Part shown: positions 33,698-46,250 of the stretch, one piece after another
Numbering within the stretch: the first letter of the stretch is position 1
How the letters are laid out: every line of letters begins with the position of its first letter
Source: Fistulifera solaris
Lineage: Eukaryota
DNA length: 64,000 nucleotides
Direction: 5' to 3'
NCBI GenBank assembly: GCA_030295235.1
Contig: AP026162.1
Location: 2,046,001-2,110,000 of the forward strand
Made by a program: the position numbers and the translations under genes
Notes under the pieces: generated by a model
Told to the model about the DNA's origin: nothing
The model's input: the letters and a program-made list of their open reading frames with translations, nothing else
The model's database searches: none

Positions 33698-36600
33698 CTA
33701 TCGGCGTCTCGACCCTTGCGTAGCAGACATTTTTTCGTTCTTGTTCGTGCACGAAAGTGTCACCATGTCGAACCGATCGTCAACTTTGCTGTAAAGGAGA
33801 ATGGTGATGAGCGCGGAGCTTTCAAAGTTGGACTGGTCGGACCCAGGACCATGGCCCCACAGTCCGTGGCGTCGCATGAAATTGTCAATGGCTAGACCAA
33901 GAGTTTTTAAAGATCGCTTGTGCTTGGCGCCGTGACGCTCTAACATTTCATTGCAAGCACCTACCGCAGATTGTTCTTTTCGTTCCCGTCGCATCAGCGC
34001 AGTCCCAAAGTCACGAAGTACCCAAAACGATACGTCAGCAAGAGCAAAGACAGGGATAGTGGGCACCCCCATGGACGCAAGTCTTGATGGGTCCTGCATG
34101 CCCTTAATGAATGACTCCGCAGACAGCGCAATGGTTTTCATTGACTTTAAGCATGTCTTTGGGGTTTCAGTTTTCGAAATTTCTCTGTCAACACCGTAAT
34201 ATGTATCATTTTCGATGTAGATACATTTTACGGAGGCTGTTTGACTCGGACGATTTCGTGGCTCGCGAGTTTTATACGGAGTAAGATTCACGGCCGTATC
34301 TTCTTGGCTATCACTATTCATGACTGCAGCAAGGATACTTGGTGCCAATTCGGCGAGAGCCACCAATCGTTCATTTATGTTGTTTGATTGACCAGAGTCT
34401 ATCGTTACTTGTCGGAGCCTTACCGAACCCTTGTCACGAAGAAGATGAGGTTGAACGATGACTATAAAAGGTATCTTCAGTAAAGCGCATACTCCATGTA
34501 ACTCCATTAATGACCAATCACTTTCGCCGCTTTCTTCAGAGTTGTTGCCAGCCCGTCGAACGAGACTAAGCATAACAGAGCTTTGAGAAAGATATTCTGC
34601 AGAAACGCCTTCAGCCCAAAGCCTGGCTGCTACGATGGCTCGCTCGCGCTGGCCGCCTGAATCTGTAAATGAACTCAATAATGAGTTGTCCATAGCAAGC
34701 AATTCGTTGAAAATGCATGGCAATCAAACATACCTAATCCATGCACACTTGCTACGATGCAATGAACAGATTTCGAAAAATTGAGCGGGTGACCAAGACT
34801 CCGTCTGAGTAAATCGATATTTTGACTGTCTGTATCAATGTTCCTACTTTCATTCCCAGATTGATTTCCATCTTGTCTCCCAAGCATCGTTGCATCAATG
34901 TAAATAAGTTCAACAAACTTACCCACGAAAAATCGAACACCAACACAAACAGGGATGGGAGCAGATGTATAGTGAGATACAGTAGCGGAAGCAAAGTTTC
35001 CTGGGGGCCGGAAGCGCCTCACTAAATCTGAGTAGTAACCCCCTTCAGCCACTCGAGTGCCAAGATTATCATGGTGCTCTTCGGGATCGCATGGAGATGA
35101 AAAGTAATTTTCGGGTAAAATTATCGCTTGGAATATCGACCCACCGTGATAGTACTTTCTCCGCTGCCTCAATCCCAAGTCGAAAGCAATGAAAAGTGGA
35201 CGGCGCATTAATGGTTGACCGCCTTCAGTCTTTTTACCAAATAAAAGTGGACCAATGTGCATTTTCTCCAGCGACTCCACTAAATTTTTAACGCTCTTCA
35301 AACTTTTGGCCGCGTCTTCGAAGCGTTTCAATCGTTTCGGGTCAGCAACCTTCGGTTCAAGCTTTCGTAGTTCAGACAGACCATGTTTGAGCATCTCAAT
35401 GCTAGTGTTGATATCAAGATGCAAAGGGACGCACTTAGATACAAACATAAGAAATCTGTCGGCGCTAGTTTTCGGCATCCCTTGTCGCCTGATAAGCTCT
35501 TCAAGCGTAGAGGAGATTCGCTCGATTCGGTGTTTCCTTTCGTCCTGCTTTTCGGTGTGGGTGAGCAACAAAAGCCTCGGAGTGGGAGATGTAAATTTCG
35601 TAAGAATGTGCAAACAGGATCTCCGAATGGTATCTTTCAAGGGAATCTGACACAAATCCAGAATGCAGTCCGCAAGCCTTGTGTGGTTAAGGCGAATATA
35701 CCATGGTATTGGAGCTTCCACTTCCTTGTCAATTTGTATCTTGGAGTTGCGGTAAGACGGAAGAAGAGCAATTGCTTGAGCAATTACCATAATGACCTCT
35801 GACTCCAAGAGATCGCTTTCGATGTTTTCGTGGATAATGTCAAAAGAAGCTTCAAGCGACTCTCGAGGATGACCACCAGCAATCGATTTATGATAAACGC
35901 GGTCAATATCATAGCGTTTTAGATTACTAGTTGCCGAACCACCACGACTCACGGCACGAGCTATAAACACCAGCATCAGGTCCAGAATACCACGAAATAT
36001 GAAAACACACAGTCGACGTACCAAAAGAAACTGTCAGGTCTTCCGGCAAAGATAGAACGGCACCTCTGCTATTTAATACCTCAGCTGGACCTCCAGTTGC
36101 ATTGCTTCCGGAAGAATGATTTGGTCGGGGGCGAAGCAACGGATTTTGGAGACGCGAGGCTCCGTGCATATGAAATACGGCTTTCAGCTTTTCGCATACA
36201 GTTTCAACAACAAACGGGTCGGATCCTAAAACGCCGTCTATAGTCCCAGCAATCGCAGCTGAAGTAGCGGCACGCATCGAGAAAATCCCAGCTGTCCGTT
36301 GAGTCGAACGTTTCATGCCACTGTTATGCCAAGCCAAATATTGAGCAACCGAAGAATGAGCAACGAAATCTGTCGGTGATTTTGAACTTACATCCCTTTT
36401 CCGAATCCGCCCACCTTACCAGCTTGTCTTGAGCGTTTTAACTTACGGAACATGAGTAGATGGACACTTGATGTAATCGTACACAAAATTATTTCTTACC
36501 GAGTATGTGGCCGCCAAGAAGGAGCACGGATTCATGGCAAGCGTGCGGAGCGATGCAATATCAACCGCACCCATCCGAACATCGCTGATGGCCCGCATTA

Positions 36601-39600
36601 GATCTTCTGTAAGGTCAGTACGCGTATTCGCTTGGACTGCAACATCTGTGTCAAACGTCTTTACATATGTCAGCACACCAAATGATGGTAAAGGAATAGC
36701 AACAAAGCATACTTACGGCATCGACGACATCGGCTTGATGCCTAGCGAAGAGAGCATCAATTATCTGCAGATAACTCTCCGACTTGAGTGATGAAACAGG
36801 CTATTAGCTGAAGTCTTGAGTAAATCATCTTATTCGGTTCGATCGTACTTACTTGCGAAGTCGTCAGCAGCTCCAGTGCCTCTTCGAGATATTTTCGTTC
36901 AAGTTCAATTTTTCTAGGAAGTAACTCGCTTGAAAGTAAATCTTCAGCTGAGGTAGAGTCTGGATAAGACAGATTACTCAAATCAAATGCTATCCACAGA
37001 GTTTGAACGTACCACTTGGCCTATTTTTCGGTTCTCTCTCCAAACACCAAAGGATGATTCTGAAAGAGTTTCATTAGATTGTCCAAAAACATGCTAACAA
37101 GCCGGAACCCGTGACTTACCTCTGACACTGCTCAGTAGTTGAGGAAAGGAAAAGCGGGGGAAACGATCCGCTGCTAGTGCCCGAAAATCCGTAGAGGGCA
37201 TTGTCCGTGGGCTTCCGTTTGAGAGTCGAGAAGCATGGTCACCCCGTAGCTTCGTAAGAGTCTCGGCCCGTTCCATATAAGTCTGAAAAGGCGGATGGAA
37301 CATCTCAAACAATATGATGCCAAAGCTAAATATATCCGCTTGGACAGTGTACGATGCCTCCCCCTTACCGCTCGACAAAACGCGCTCCTGTTCAGCTAAA
37401 AGAGAGATGAGGAAGATGTGAGTTGATGCTAATTAATCATATACTTTGTTAAAATGATATTTGTACTCACGCTGCGCGGCGATCAGTTAGATCATTATAT
37501 CGAAGTGATGCAAGTGGCAATGAGAAAAGACACAACATACTTACTGCACGATAAAATGTTGTCCCCACCCCTCTTGAATTACCAAGAAGTCGACATAAAT
37601 ATTAGCAAACAAAGAGCAGAAAAGCAGCTTACGAGTGACTGTCTTACCCCGTCATTGATTCCTCAACCGAAAAAGCAGATGTTCCTCCAGATGGTATCAT
37701 GGGGTCCCCAATAAGTCTTGATATGTCCTCAGTATCATCATAGATATTGTCGCCATCAATTTGTTTTGACTCATCTCTACCGCCCTTATCGCGATGTTTC
37801 GTGGCAAGACCAAAATCACCCAAACGTATATTTTGCTCGTGATCAAGAAACACGTTTCCTGGCTTTAAGTCACGATGAATGATGTTTTGTCCGTGGATGT
37901 AAATAAGTGCCTCGAGCATTTGTCGCGCAAGTCTCCATACGCCGTTCTCTTCCATGCTAAGAACATCGCCATCATCGATCAACTTCCTCAATGTAGTTGA
38001 GCAGTACTCCATCTGAATGTAAAGAATTGTTTGGCCATCACCAGCACCGACTTTAACCGACGACTGATCCCACCCTTCACTATCAGAATCGCTCCAATTC
38101 TTCTTTTTGCTCGTTTGATTGAGTAATGTGTCATATGCATTATTTTGAAAACCGAGTCCACTTAGAAGCGGACTGTTAATTCCATGATTGATTTCGTTCT
38201 CCAATAAATTTACCATGGAGTCAGAATGTTTGTCAAGTGCGCTTTTCTCCAGACTTGGATTTCTCTTTTTGGAATCGACACTGTTGTCACTCTCTAAGCC
38301 ATCACTATCGTTTGATCTATTTGCTAAATGTCCCAACAAGTGATTCTCTACGGGAGAATTTGTCCACCAGCCGCTAGATGATCCGTTGCTGCTGTCGTCA
38401 CCGCTCTCCTCCTCCGCGGATTTCACAGGCTCGCTCACAGTCTCTTCGGGAATTGTTTTGCTCCCTTCCATCCAAGCCTGATAGTACCGCACGATGTGTT
38501 TGTGTGTCATTCGACTAATGGTCGTCACTTCGCGGCGTAGCTTTCGATTTTGCAAGGCAGCATGATTCGCAAAACGACCACTTTCTGATTCCAAAATAAT
38601 TTTTTTGATGGCATATATTCTTCGATCGAGTCTATTGCGAACTTTCACAACCTCCCCGCCGCCCCCCTCGACCAAGAACACCAAGTTCAACAAAATCAGA
38701 TTGGTATCTCGATGCCGAAGGTGCGACGTAACCGTCATCATCGTCAAAATCAAGTTCATCCACAACGTCATACGCAACGACTTCGTCCTCATTTGACGAT
38801 AGCGACATTGCCCGTTGCCCTCTCCGTTGCTTCAATGCCGCATCCAGTGCCTCTTTTTGTCGTAAGAGCTCTTTTTCTACGTCAGACGACACCAGCGGCT
38901 TGGCAAACGACACTTTGCTGGTTCTAGAGTTGCTAGGCGAAAAAGTCTCCAGTGCAGGACGAGCAGTTTCATTCATCAAACGATTTATTTCTTCACGCTC
39001 CTTCTCCTCTTTTTCTTTTCCATAGCCTCTCTAGCTTTCATCTGTTCCCAAGCCGACATTGTTGGATCACGATTGTGCAAAACTAAGAAATCTTCAGCTA
39101 CCTGGACCAGTTCAATCATCATGACGGACCCCGTTTCTGCTAATTCGGTAGCTCGAGCCTGGAGCTGGGACATGAGCTCCGCTTGTTCTTCCTTTGATAA
39201 CCCTTTCACGTTTCGACATTCAATGGCTGGGGCGACGTAAGGGTATTGCTTGCCCAGCTGAATCGAAAGGCTAAAAAGAAAGTCGACGCAATCATTGAGC
39301 CGCATAGAACATATGCGTCAAGATATAGAAAACAGACCAGTTTACGTACCATATCTTGCATCCAATTTGCGCAGCTGGAACATCGGGCGGACTGACGTCG
39401 ACCTCCAGCCGTTTACATCCCCAAACTCCTTCGACGCATCGGAATTCTTCCCCGTAAACCGCCTCGAGCACAGTAATTTCATCTGCTCGAGAGACCGACA
39501 AATCTTCATACGACGGGATATGTAAATTGGTTTTATTCGTCGGACGCACTGTAGATGATATCCCAGAAACAGAGACGGTCGTCGAAGCAGCCGTCTGCGA

Positions 39601-39690
39601 CGTGGACTTTGGTAGATGCTCGTCGGTCGAATGATTCGAAGAGTCATCATCACTGTCGCTATCTTGCAGAACCGCAAAGAAACCGGACAT
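33698..39690 (-). CDS. GCN2: eIF2-alpha kinase GCN2 (RWD, kinase with insert, HisRS-like, anticodon-binding-like domains), multi-exon
   Basis: RWD ([17 protein letters not shown]); [74 protein letters not shown]. Confidence 0.9.
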
Positions 39691-40171
39691 GTTCGCTCTC
39701 CTCGCCAGATCAGATTTTCATGCCTTGAAGACTAAACTCTTTTAATGGTGGATCGTATCTATATTTGGAAGGCTAGCAATAGTAATTAGTATTTCATTGA
39801 CGACTTTGTTGCGATGAAAGCCATCAGAACTTTGTAACCTTACAAGTATGTCTCCGGTCTCCGGTCTCCGGTCGTCTTTCAAATCGCGAACGCGTGTCTC
39901 ACAGCCGATAAACTGGCCAATAGCGTCACATCTGGAGTACCGGTAAGATCTTGATCACGGTACACACGGACTGTATGCACGCGGATAAATTCTTCGTCGC
40001 AAGATTTGCCTCCAACATTTTCTTCTCAACAAAAAGATGATGCGATGATCCTTCTTCTCGATCAATGACAATGACAGATTGCTTGAAAGATGTAATAAAT
40101 TAGCGCGACAAAAGCTTAGGAACAACGTTTTGAGAACTATTGATAGTGAACGAGAAGAAACAACGACAAAA

Positions 40172-41764
40172 ATGAACTTGAGTCCAAGAGATACGACGCC
40201 TAAGCCCCATTTTTTGAAGCAACGGACCTCCAGTGTTGATGCATACCGAGATGCGACTGTCAATACCTGGTTTTCAGCAATTGGGCTGCTGAAACTGCGC
40301 GAGTTTCTCATCACTGTTGACCACTTTTCAATATGGAAGCGGCATTTAGCCTGGGCCATCGCAGATGGAAAGGAGTTGAGGGACTACATGACGCAACGAT
40401 ACTCCAGTAGTATGGTGTTCCTGTCGTTGCTATTGAGCACAGAATTATCTGTCCTCTTCAATTCGGCCGTGGTAACGACCGACGTTCGTCGTGCTCTCGA
40501 GGAAGAAAGCTACCACACAGTAGCATTCTGGATCGGAATCTTTGTCATCGTATCAGCGATACTTTCTTTGCTGGGTTTGGTGGCAACTTTTACAGCTTGG
40601 GGAATGGTTTCAGCAGTCAACGAAGTGAATGCTCATTGCGTACTTCGAAGCTCTATCGGGCAATACGTCGCCGAGCTCCCGGGGAATCTCATTGTTGGGT
40701 CCATTTACACGTTTTCGATCTGGTTGATCCTATTCTTTTTCCTGTTGTTGCCGGTCGGGTTTTCGTCATTGTTGCTCCTCGGAATCACTTTGGGCCTCTT
40801 GCTGCATATCATTACGGTATTCTCTGCTTTTGGTCGAATCATTATGCATTCAGGAGCTATGGGATCGAATAGCATTTTCGATCCCGATTTTGAAATTACG
40901 TTGTCCCCTTATTCGTTGCACGGAAATCTTTTGGCCAAAGCGCGAGACACCCTTTACAATGGTTCCAGCATTCGCCGTCAGTATGCTGAGACTTACCCTA
41001 TCACCTCTGATCTGATTGTTTTGGACGAACTTAAACGACAAATTTGTCCCCCCAGAAATGACCAGCCTGAATTCGCTTGCGACGCTCCTGACACCGAAGA
41101 TGGTTTTTTACCTTTGATACTTGCCGGACCGTGGGCCAAATCTGAGGACAGTTTAGACATGAGCGATCAAGCCTCCAACGAAGCATTTCAAGACGAGCCG
41201 CAAAACAGAGCTTTCAAGAAAAAACAGTCTTCCATCTTTCGGGTTCCGATCGACGTCGTACGAAACCCGCATGTTCCCCAAGCAGCTGAATTCAACCAGC
41301 GTACAGAGGTCCCGATCGCTCAAAGTTGGTCGAGATCTAGCTCACATAACACATTGGAGTTTATCAAGGACGTGACTGATGCTCAGGTTCTTCCACCTAT
41401 GATGCCCAACCACAGTACGAAGGAAAACACAAATAGCCAAAGCTCCGACGAGTTGCTTTCCAGCGAAAGCAATTACTTGGAAAATGACTTTGATGCTCTT
41501 TTAGGCCCACCTGCGATGGGGTCACGTAACAGGTTGCTCGGGTCTTGGTCACTAGATGACGTTTCGCCGAGCGATGTAGCATCCACAATTACGCCAACTC
41601 GCCCCGTCGTCCTCCCAAATCCTGGTGCTGAAGGGGTCAGCAACTTGGACGCTGTCATTGATGTACAGACGAGTCGATTGTTGAAAGTTCAGTCGCGAGA
41701 CGACGAGCAAAGCCGCCTCCTGAAGGCTCCTGGCGACGAGAATTACGGTTCGACTCGCGCGTGA
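40172..41764 (+). CDS. Uncharacterised multi-pass membrane protein with a long disordered C-tail
   Basis: About four hydrophobic segments (VFLSLLLSTELSVLF; FWIGIFVIVSAILSLLGL; FSIWLILFFFLLL; LLLLGITLGLLLHII) in one long ORF. Confidence 0.75.
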   Translation: MNLSPRDTTPKPHFLKQRTSSVDAYRDATVNTWFSAIGLLKLREFLITVDHFSIWKRHLAWAIADGKELRDYMTQRYSSSMVFLSLLLSTELSVLFNSAVVTTDVRRALEEESYHTVAFWIGIFVIVSAILSLLGLVATFTAWGMVSAVNEVNAHCVLRSSIGQYVAELPGNLIVGSIYTFSIWLILFFFLLLPVGFSSLLLLGITLGLLLHIITVFSAFGRIIMHSGAMGSNSIFDPDFEITLSPYSLHGNLLAKARDTLYNGSSIRRQYAETYPITSDLIVLDELKRQICPPRNDQPEFACDAPDTEDGFLPLILAGPWAKSEDSLDMSDQASNEAFQDEPQNRAFKKKQSSIFRVPIDVVRNPHVPQAAEFNQRTEVPIAQSWSRSSSHNTLEFIKDVTDAQVLPPMMPNHSTKENTNSQSSDELLSSESNYLENDFDALLGPPAMGSRNRLLGSWSLDDVSPSDVASTITPTRPVVLPNPGAEGVSNLDAVIDVQTSRLLKVQSRDDEQSRLLKAPGDENYGSTRA

Positions 41765-41845
41765 TGATGTATTTTTAAAAAAGTCAAGAAACTGTAGAAA
41801 TCAGGCACAGCCTGCGTATAGAAAATGAGATTTATACTTGGACAA

Positions 41846-42733
41846 TTAATCTGAAGCAACCCGCGCTGATTCACCAAAGAGTAGTGTATCTGGTTCGAGA
41901 GGCATATTCATCATGAGGCTAATGGTGAAGAAGAGCACAATCACAAGCCCGATAGAAGTCCACAGAACCACGTTGAAGTACTGGATTTGAAACATCGATT
42001 TGTAAGTTGATACCCAGTTGTTGTTCTGATCGTAATATCCGTAGCCGTAGTATCCACTGTATTGGTCATTTCCGTTAGCATTCTGGTTTTGGTTGTCTTC
42101 CTGCAAACGGCGAGATTGACGACGAGGACGTGCCGTCGACGCTTCTTCTTCAACAACGAGGTGCACAACAATAGTTCTTCCGGATTCATCAGCCATTGAC
42201 TTCAAATTGGAAAGTACAGCTTTCATTTGCTTGTCAACGCCTTTGGCAGCAACAGTGTCAACAGTCACTTTGAAACCCGACAATCCGGCCTTTTCTCCTT
42301 GTGCCTGAGCATAATCAGCAGCTGAGAGTATGTCAATAGTTTCCCAGCCTTCTACTTTCGACAAAAGGGGGTTTAGCTGTTCGCCTTCTACTTCGAGATG
42401 ACCGATAACATTCTCCCGCTGTTCCGAAACTAAACTCGAAACATACGGCATCAAGTCAAGATCGACACCACTTCCGGAAAGTCCAATAACAACACCAGAA
42501 TCCGATTTCTTGAAAAGATCGGGAACTAAGGGCATTCCAGAATGTTGGAGCTTTCGACGGTCGCCGTGCAAAGCTCCCCAGAACGAGGCCACTCCAGCCA
42601 CCGTTGTATCTACATTTTTCGATGTGGATTGATGGACGCTGCCTCCCGCACCAAATTCGAGGACGGCAATTCGAGTAGCGGCTTCGACGCCCGCAAGCGT
42701 AAGGAAGGACAACAATGCTCGTGCGATCATCAT
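41846..42733 (-). CDS. Type I membrane protein, ATP6AP2/(pro)renin-receptor-like V-ATPase accessory subunit
   Basis: Signal peptide; basic cleavage site RRQSRRL; C-terminal YFNVVLWTSIGL..TM..MNMPLEPDTLLF resembles the M8.9 fragment. Confidence 0.7.
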   Translation of the reverse strand: MMIARALLSFLTLAGVEAATRIAVLEFGAGGSVHQSTSKNVDTTVAGVASFWGALHGDRRKLQHSGMPLVPDLFKKSDSGVVIGLSGSGVDLDLMPYVSSLVSEQRENVIGHLEVEGEQLNPLLSKVEGWETIDILSAADYAQAQGEKAGLSGFKVTVDTVAAKGVDKQMKAVLSNLKSMADESGRTIVVHLVVEEEASTARPRRQSRRLQEDNQNQNANGNDQYSGYYGYGYYDQNNNWVSTYKSMFQIQYFNVVLWTSIGLVIVLFFTISLMMNMPLEPDTLLFGESARVASD

Positions 42734-43247
42734 TTTCCCATTGACCAAATTCCTATTGTTTGCTGTCGTGTTGCTGTTGCTGCTGGCTGCCTTCGCTTTT
42801 CGTCGCGGAGGATGGAGCAAGCGAGGCAGACGGACCATCTACGGTGTTGGCGAACTGCTTTCACGTGTTATACTTAGCGGCATTGGTTTTGGCTATTAAT
42901 TACAGTTTAACATAATTCATTACTTGAATGTGGCATTTGTACAGTAAAATTTCTTGCCATTGAGTGCCACTGCGAAGTGAAGTGCGATGGAAACAAAAAG
43001 AAAAAGTGACCTCGTGTGACAATCTAAATGAACTACTTAGAAAACGTCTTTGATAAGTTTCTGTTAACCTTTCTTGCTCTCCTATTATACAAAAAACATG
43101 ACTTTTGGCCGGCATGCGCGTGTTTTTAACAGAACGCTAAAGATTTTGATTTTTGCATCTTCGCATCACAAGCACACGGCAGCGCTACAACAAAAACAAA
43201 GCGTTGCTCTCCAAACAATAACTTTTTAAAATTAGTGTTTGGTTATC

Positions 43248-45562
43248 ATGAGTTCTATGGAGCATCTCATTCCGGTTGTTTCCAAGCTACAAGATGTTCT
43301 TGGCGCATTGGGACAAACCACGCATTTGGATCTCCCACAAATTGTGGTCGTCGGTGGACAGAGCTCGGGCAAATCGAGTGTCTTGGAAAACATTGTAGGA
43401 CGCAGCTTTCTTCCCCGGGGGACAGGCATTGTTACTCGACGACCTTTGGTTCTTCAGCTGTTCAATACTCGCCAGGCACCGGCCGATGTCGACGAAATCC
43501 CGAATAAGAACAGAATCATTCCTCCGGGTGGCAGTGCGGAAGAATGGGGAGAATTTCTTCATCTTCCTGGAAAGAGAATGTACGATTTTGCTGATATCCG
43601 ACGCGAAATTGCCGATGAAACGAATCGTATTACAGGGAATAATAAGGGCGTCGATAGCACCCCGATCAATTTGAAGATATTCTCTCCTCGAGTTGTGTCA
43701 TTGACGTTAGTGGATCTCCCGGGCATTGCGAAGGTACCTGTGGGAGATCAGCCCGAAGATATTGAACGCCAAATCAACAGCATGTGCATGAGCTTCATTT
43801 CTAATCCCAATGCCATCATCCTTGCTGTTACCAGTGCCAATACTGATCTGGCAAACAGTGATGCACTCAAATTGGCGCAAGCGGTGGACCCCGAAGGACT
43901 GCGTACGATCGGTGTTTTGACCAAAGTCGATTTGATGGACGAGGGCACTGACTGCACCGAAATTCTTTTGAATCAAGTCATTCCTCTTCGAAGAGGATAC
44001 ATTGCTGTTGTCAATCGTGGACAGAAGGACGTTGTGTCTGATGTAAGCATTCGTGACGGCCTCAAGAAAGAAGAGAACTTTTTCCGCAAACATCCTATCT
44101 ACTCTCGCGATCGATCGATCCTCTCCAAATGCGGTACAGGAAGACTTTCGAAGAATCTCAACAGCATATTGATGCACCATATCCGGGATTGTCTTCCTGA
44201 CTTGAAGACGCGCATTGCTCATATGATGGCCGATGTCCAAAAGGAGCTCGACACCCTTGGTACTGCCGCGGAAAGTTCGAACAAAACAAGCCGAGGGGGA
44301 ACATTATTGAGCCTCCTTTCCAAGTTTGCCACCAACTTTACCAAAATTCTCGACGGTCATGTCGGAGAAGACTTGGACACACGCGAACGCGCAATCAATG
44401 GCTCAAAGAGTTCCGGCGGAAGAGGGTGCGTCGAGCTTTTGGGAGGTGCTCGTATCTCCTACATCTTCACTTCGGTCTTTGCAACCTCGTTGAATTCTGT
44501 TGGTGCTTTTGACGGACTTACGGATGAAGAGATCCGCACCATCATTGCTAATGCCAACGGTACACGCCCCGCTCTCTTTGTCCCCGAGATCAGTTTCGAC
44601 ATTATCGTCCGCCGCCAACTTACGCGTCTCGAACAACCAGGAGTGGAGTGCGTAGACTTGGTTTACGAAGAACTTCAGCGCATCGCCGGTCAAGCTGAAC
44701 CTAGTGAGCTGACTCGCTTCCCTATCCTTCGTGATCGAATGGTAGAAGTGGTGTCGTCTCTCTTGCGTCGTTGTGTCACTCCAACACAAATGATGGTGAC
44801 CAATCTTGTGAAGATTGAACTCGCGTACATCAACACGAGTCATCCCGACTTTATTGGAGGCTCGAAGGCTGTTGCAAGACTCATGGATAAGACGGACAGC
44901 AAAGAGAATGAGCGAAAACGAGTAACAAACGGACGAGGAAGTGCAGGACCTCTCTCCCCTAGCGGTGCTAATAACGTGAACGCCGACGGTGACGAATTCA
45001 AGGATGCCTTGGGATCGCCTTCTGCTGAGAAGGATCACTCTGGACTTATGAACTTTATCTTTGGCAGTGGTGAGAATGGCGCCAAACCGGGTCCTGTCGT
45101 TGAAGAAGCCGAGGACGGCCCGCCGGTGATCGTGCACCTTCCGCAAATGCCGGTGACCATGAAGCAAACTGACTTTCCTATTACCGATCGAGAAGCGGTG
45201 GAAATGGCGGTTATCAAGTCATTGGTTGACTCGTACTTTGGTATCGTCCGAAAGAATTTTATTGATATGGTTCCTAAGGTACGTCCTGCGAGCTATTTGT
45301 GTATGCATTCCGTCGTTGCATTAACTCAAACTGCGACTGTTTTGTCTCCCAGACTATCATGTACTTTCTTGTCAATCACGTTCGAGATTCATTGCAAAAT
45401 GAGCTTGTTGCGGAGTTATACCGTGAAGGGGAAATGGGACAACTTTTGCAAGAGGCAGACGATATCGCATCGCGCCGTCAAACATGTGTCGAAATGAAGG
45501 AGCTATTGGGCAAGGCTCTGGAAATTGTCAACGAAGTGCGGGACTTTAGCACGTACAAGTAG
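43248..45562 (+). CDS. Dynamin-related GTPase (Dnm1/DRP3/Vps1 group)
   Basis: LPQIVVVGGQSSGKSS, PRGTGIVTRRPL, DLPG, TKVDLMD, ELLGGARI, AYINTSHPDF, GED; intron 45279-45352. Confidence 0.95.
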
Positions 45563-46250
45563 ACACGGCAATCCACTCATCTTATGAAGCACAACAACCA
45601 CAATCCACGCGTTTGATTTTATAACATCAACTGAAAGTAAATCGATAACACATTCGTTACATACTCATAGAGTTTGATTTAATTTGAGTTTGACGTAGTT
45701 CTTCGTGATGGTTGACGTTTTGGTGATGATACACGAGACATAGACTTTCTCAGGGCCCTAGCCGCTTTACGAATTATTTACTCATGATTATTCGTGATTC
45801 ACTCATGCCTTCATGATTTAGAGTGCCACGTGGCACTTTGAAAATTAAGTCGTGGACGAAATATGGTTCCGTTTCGACTATGGATCTGAGTGTACGATCT
45901 GGTTTGCGCTGGCCAGACGCTGCCACCTGGCAGCCAGTCATTGCTTTTTTTGGCATGCGTCGTCTGACCTCATCACGTTCAAAAAGTACCAGGAATCTAC
46001 GTTTGCACCGAATTGCGTCGGTGAAGTCATCGCCGTAGAATTTGTACGAGAAAATACTGGCCATCTTTCCTTGCGGATCGCCGAGGTTCCTTGTTCCTTA
46101 CGTAGAAAATGTACGGCACGGTTCCCGCCACACCGCGAAAAAAATCTTACGGCCACTTTGTTTCATTCCTTTTCATAGTTTCGTTTACTGGTCGAACCCA
46201 ACCACCGTCTCGATTCAAACAACAACTTCCATCGCTTACTTTGCATCAAA

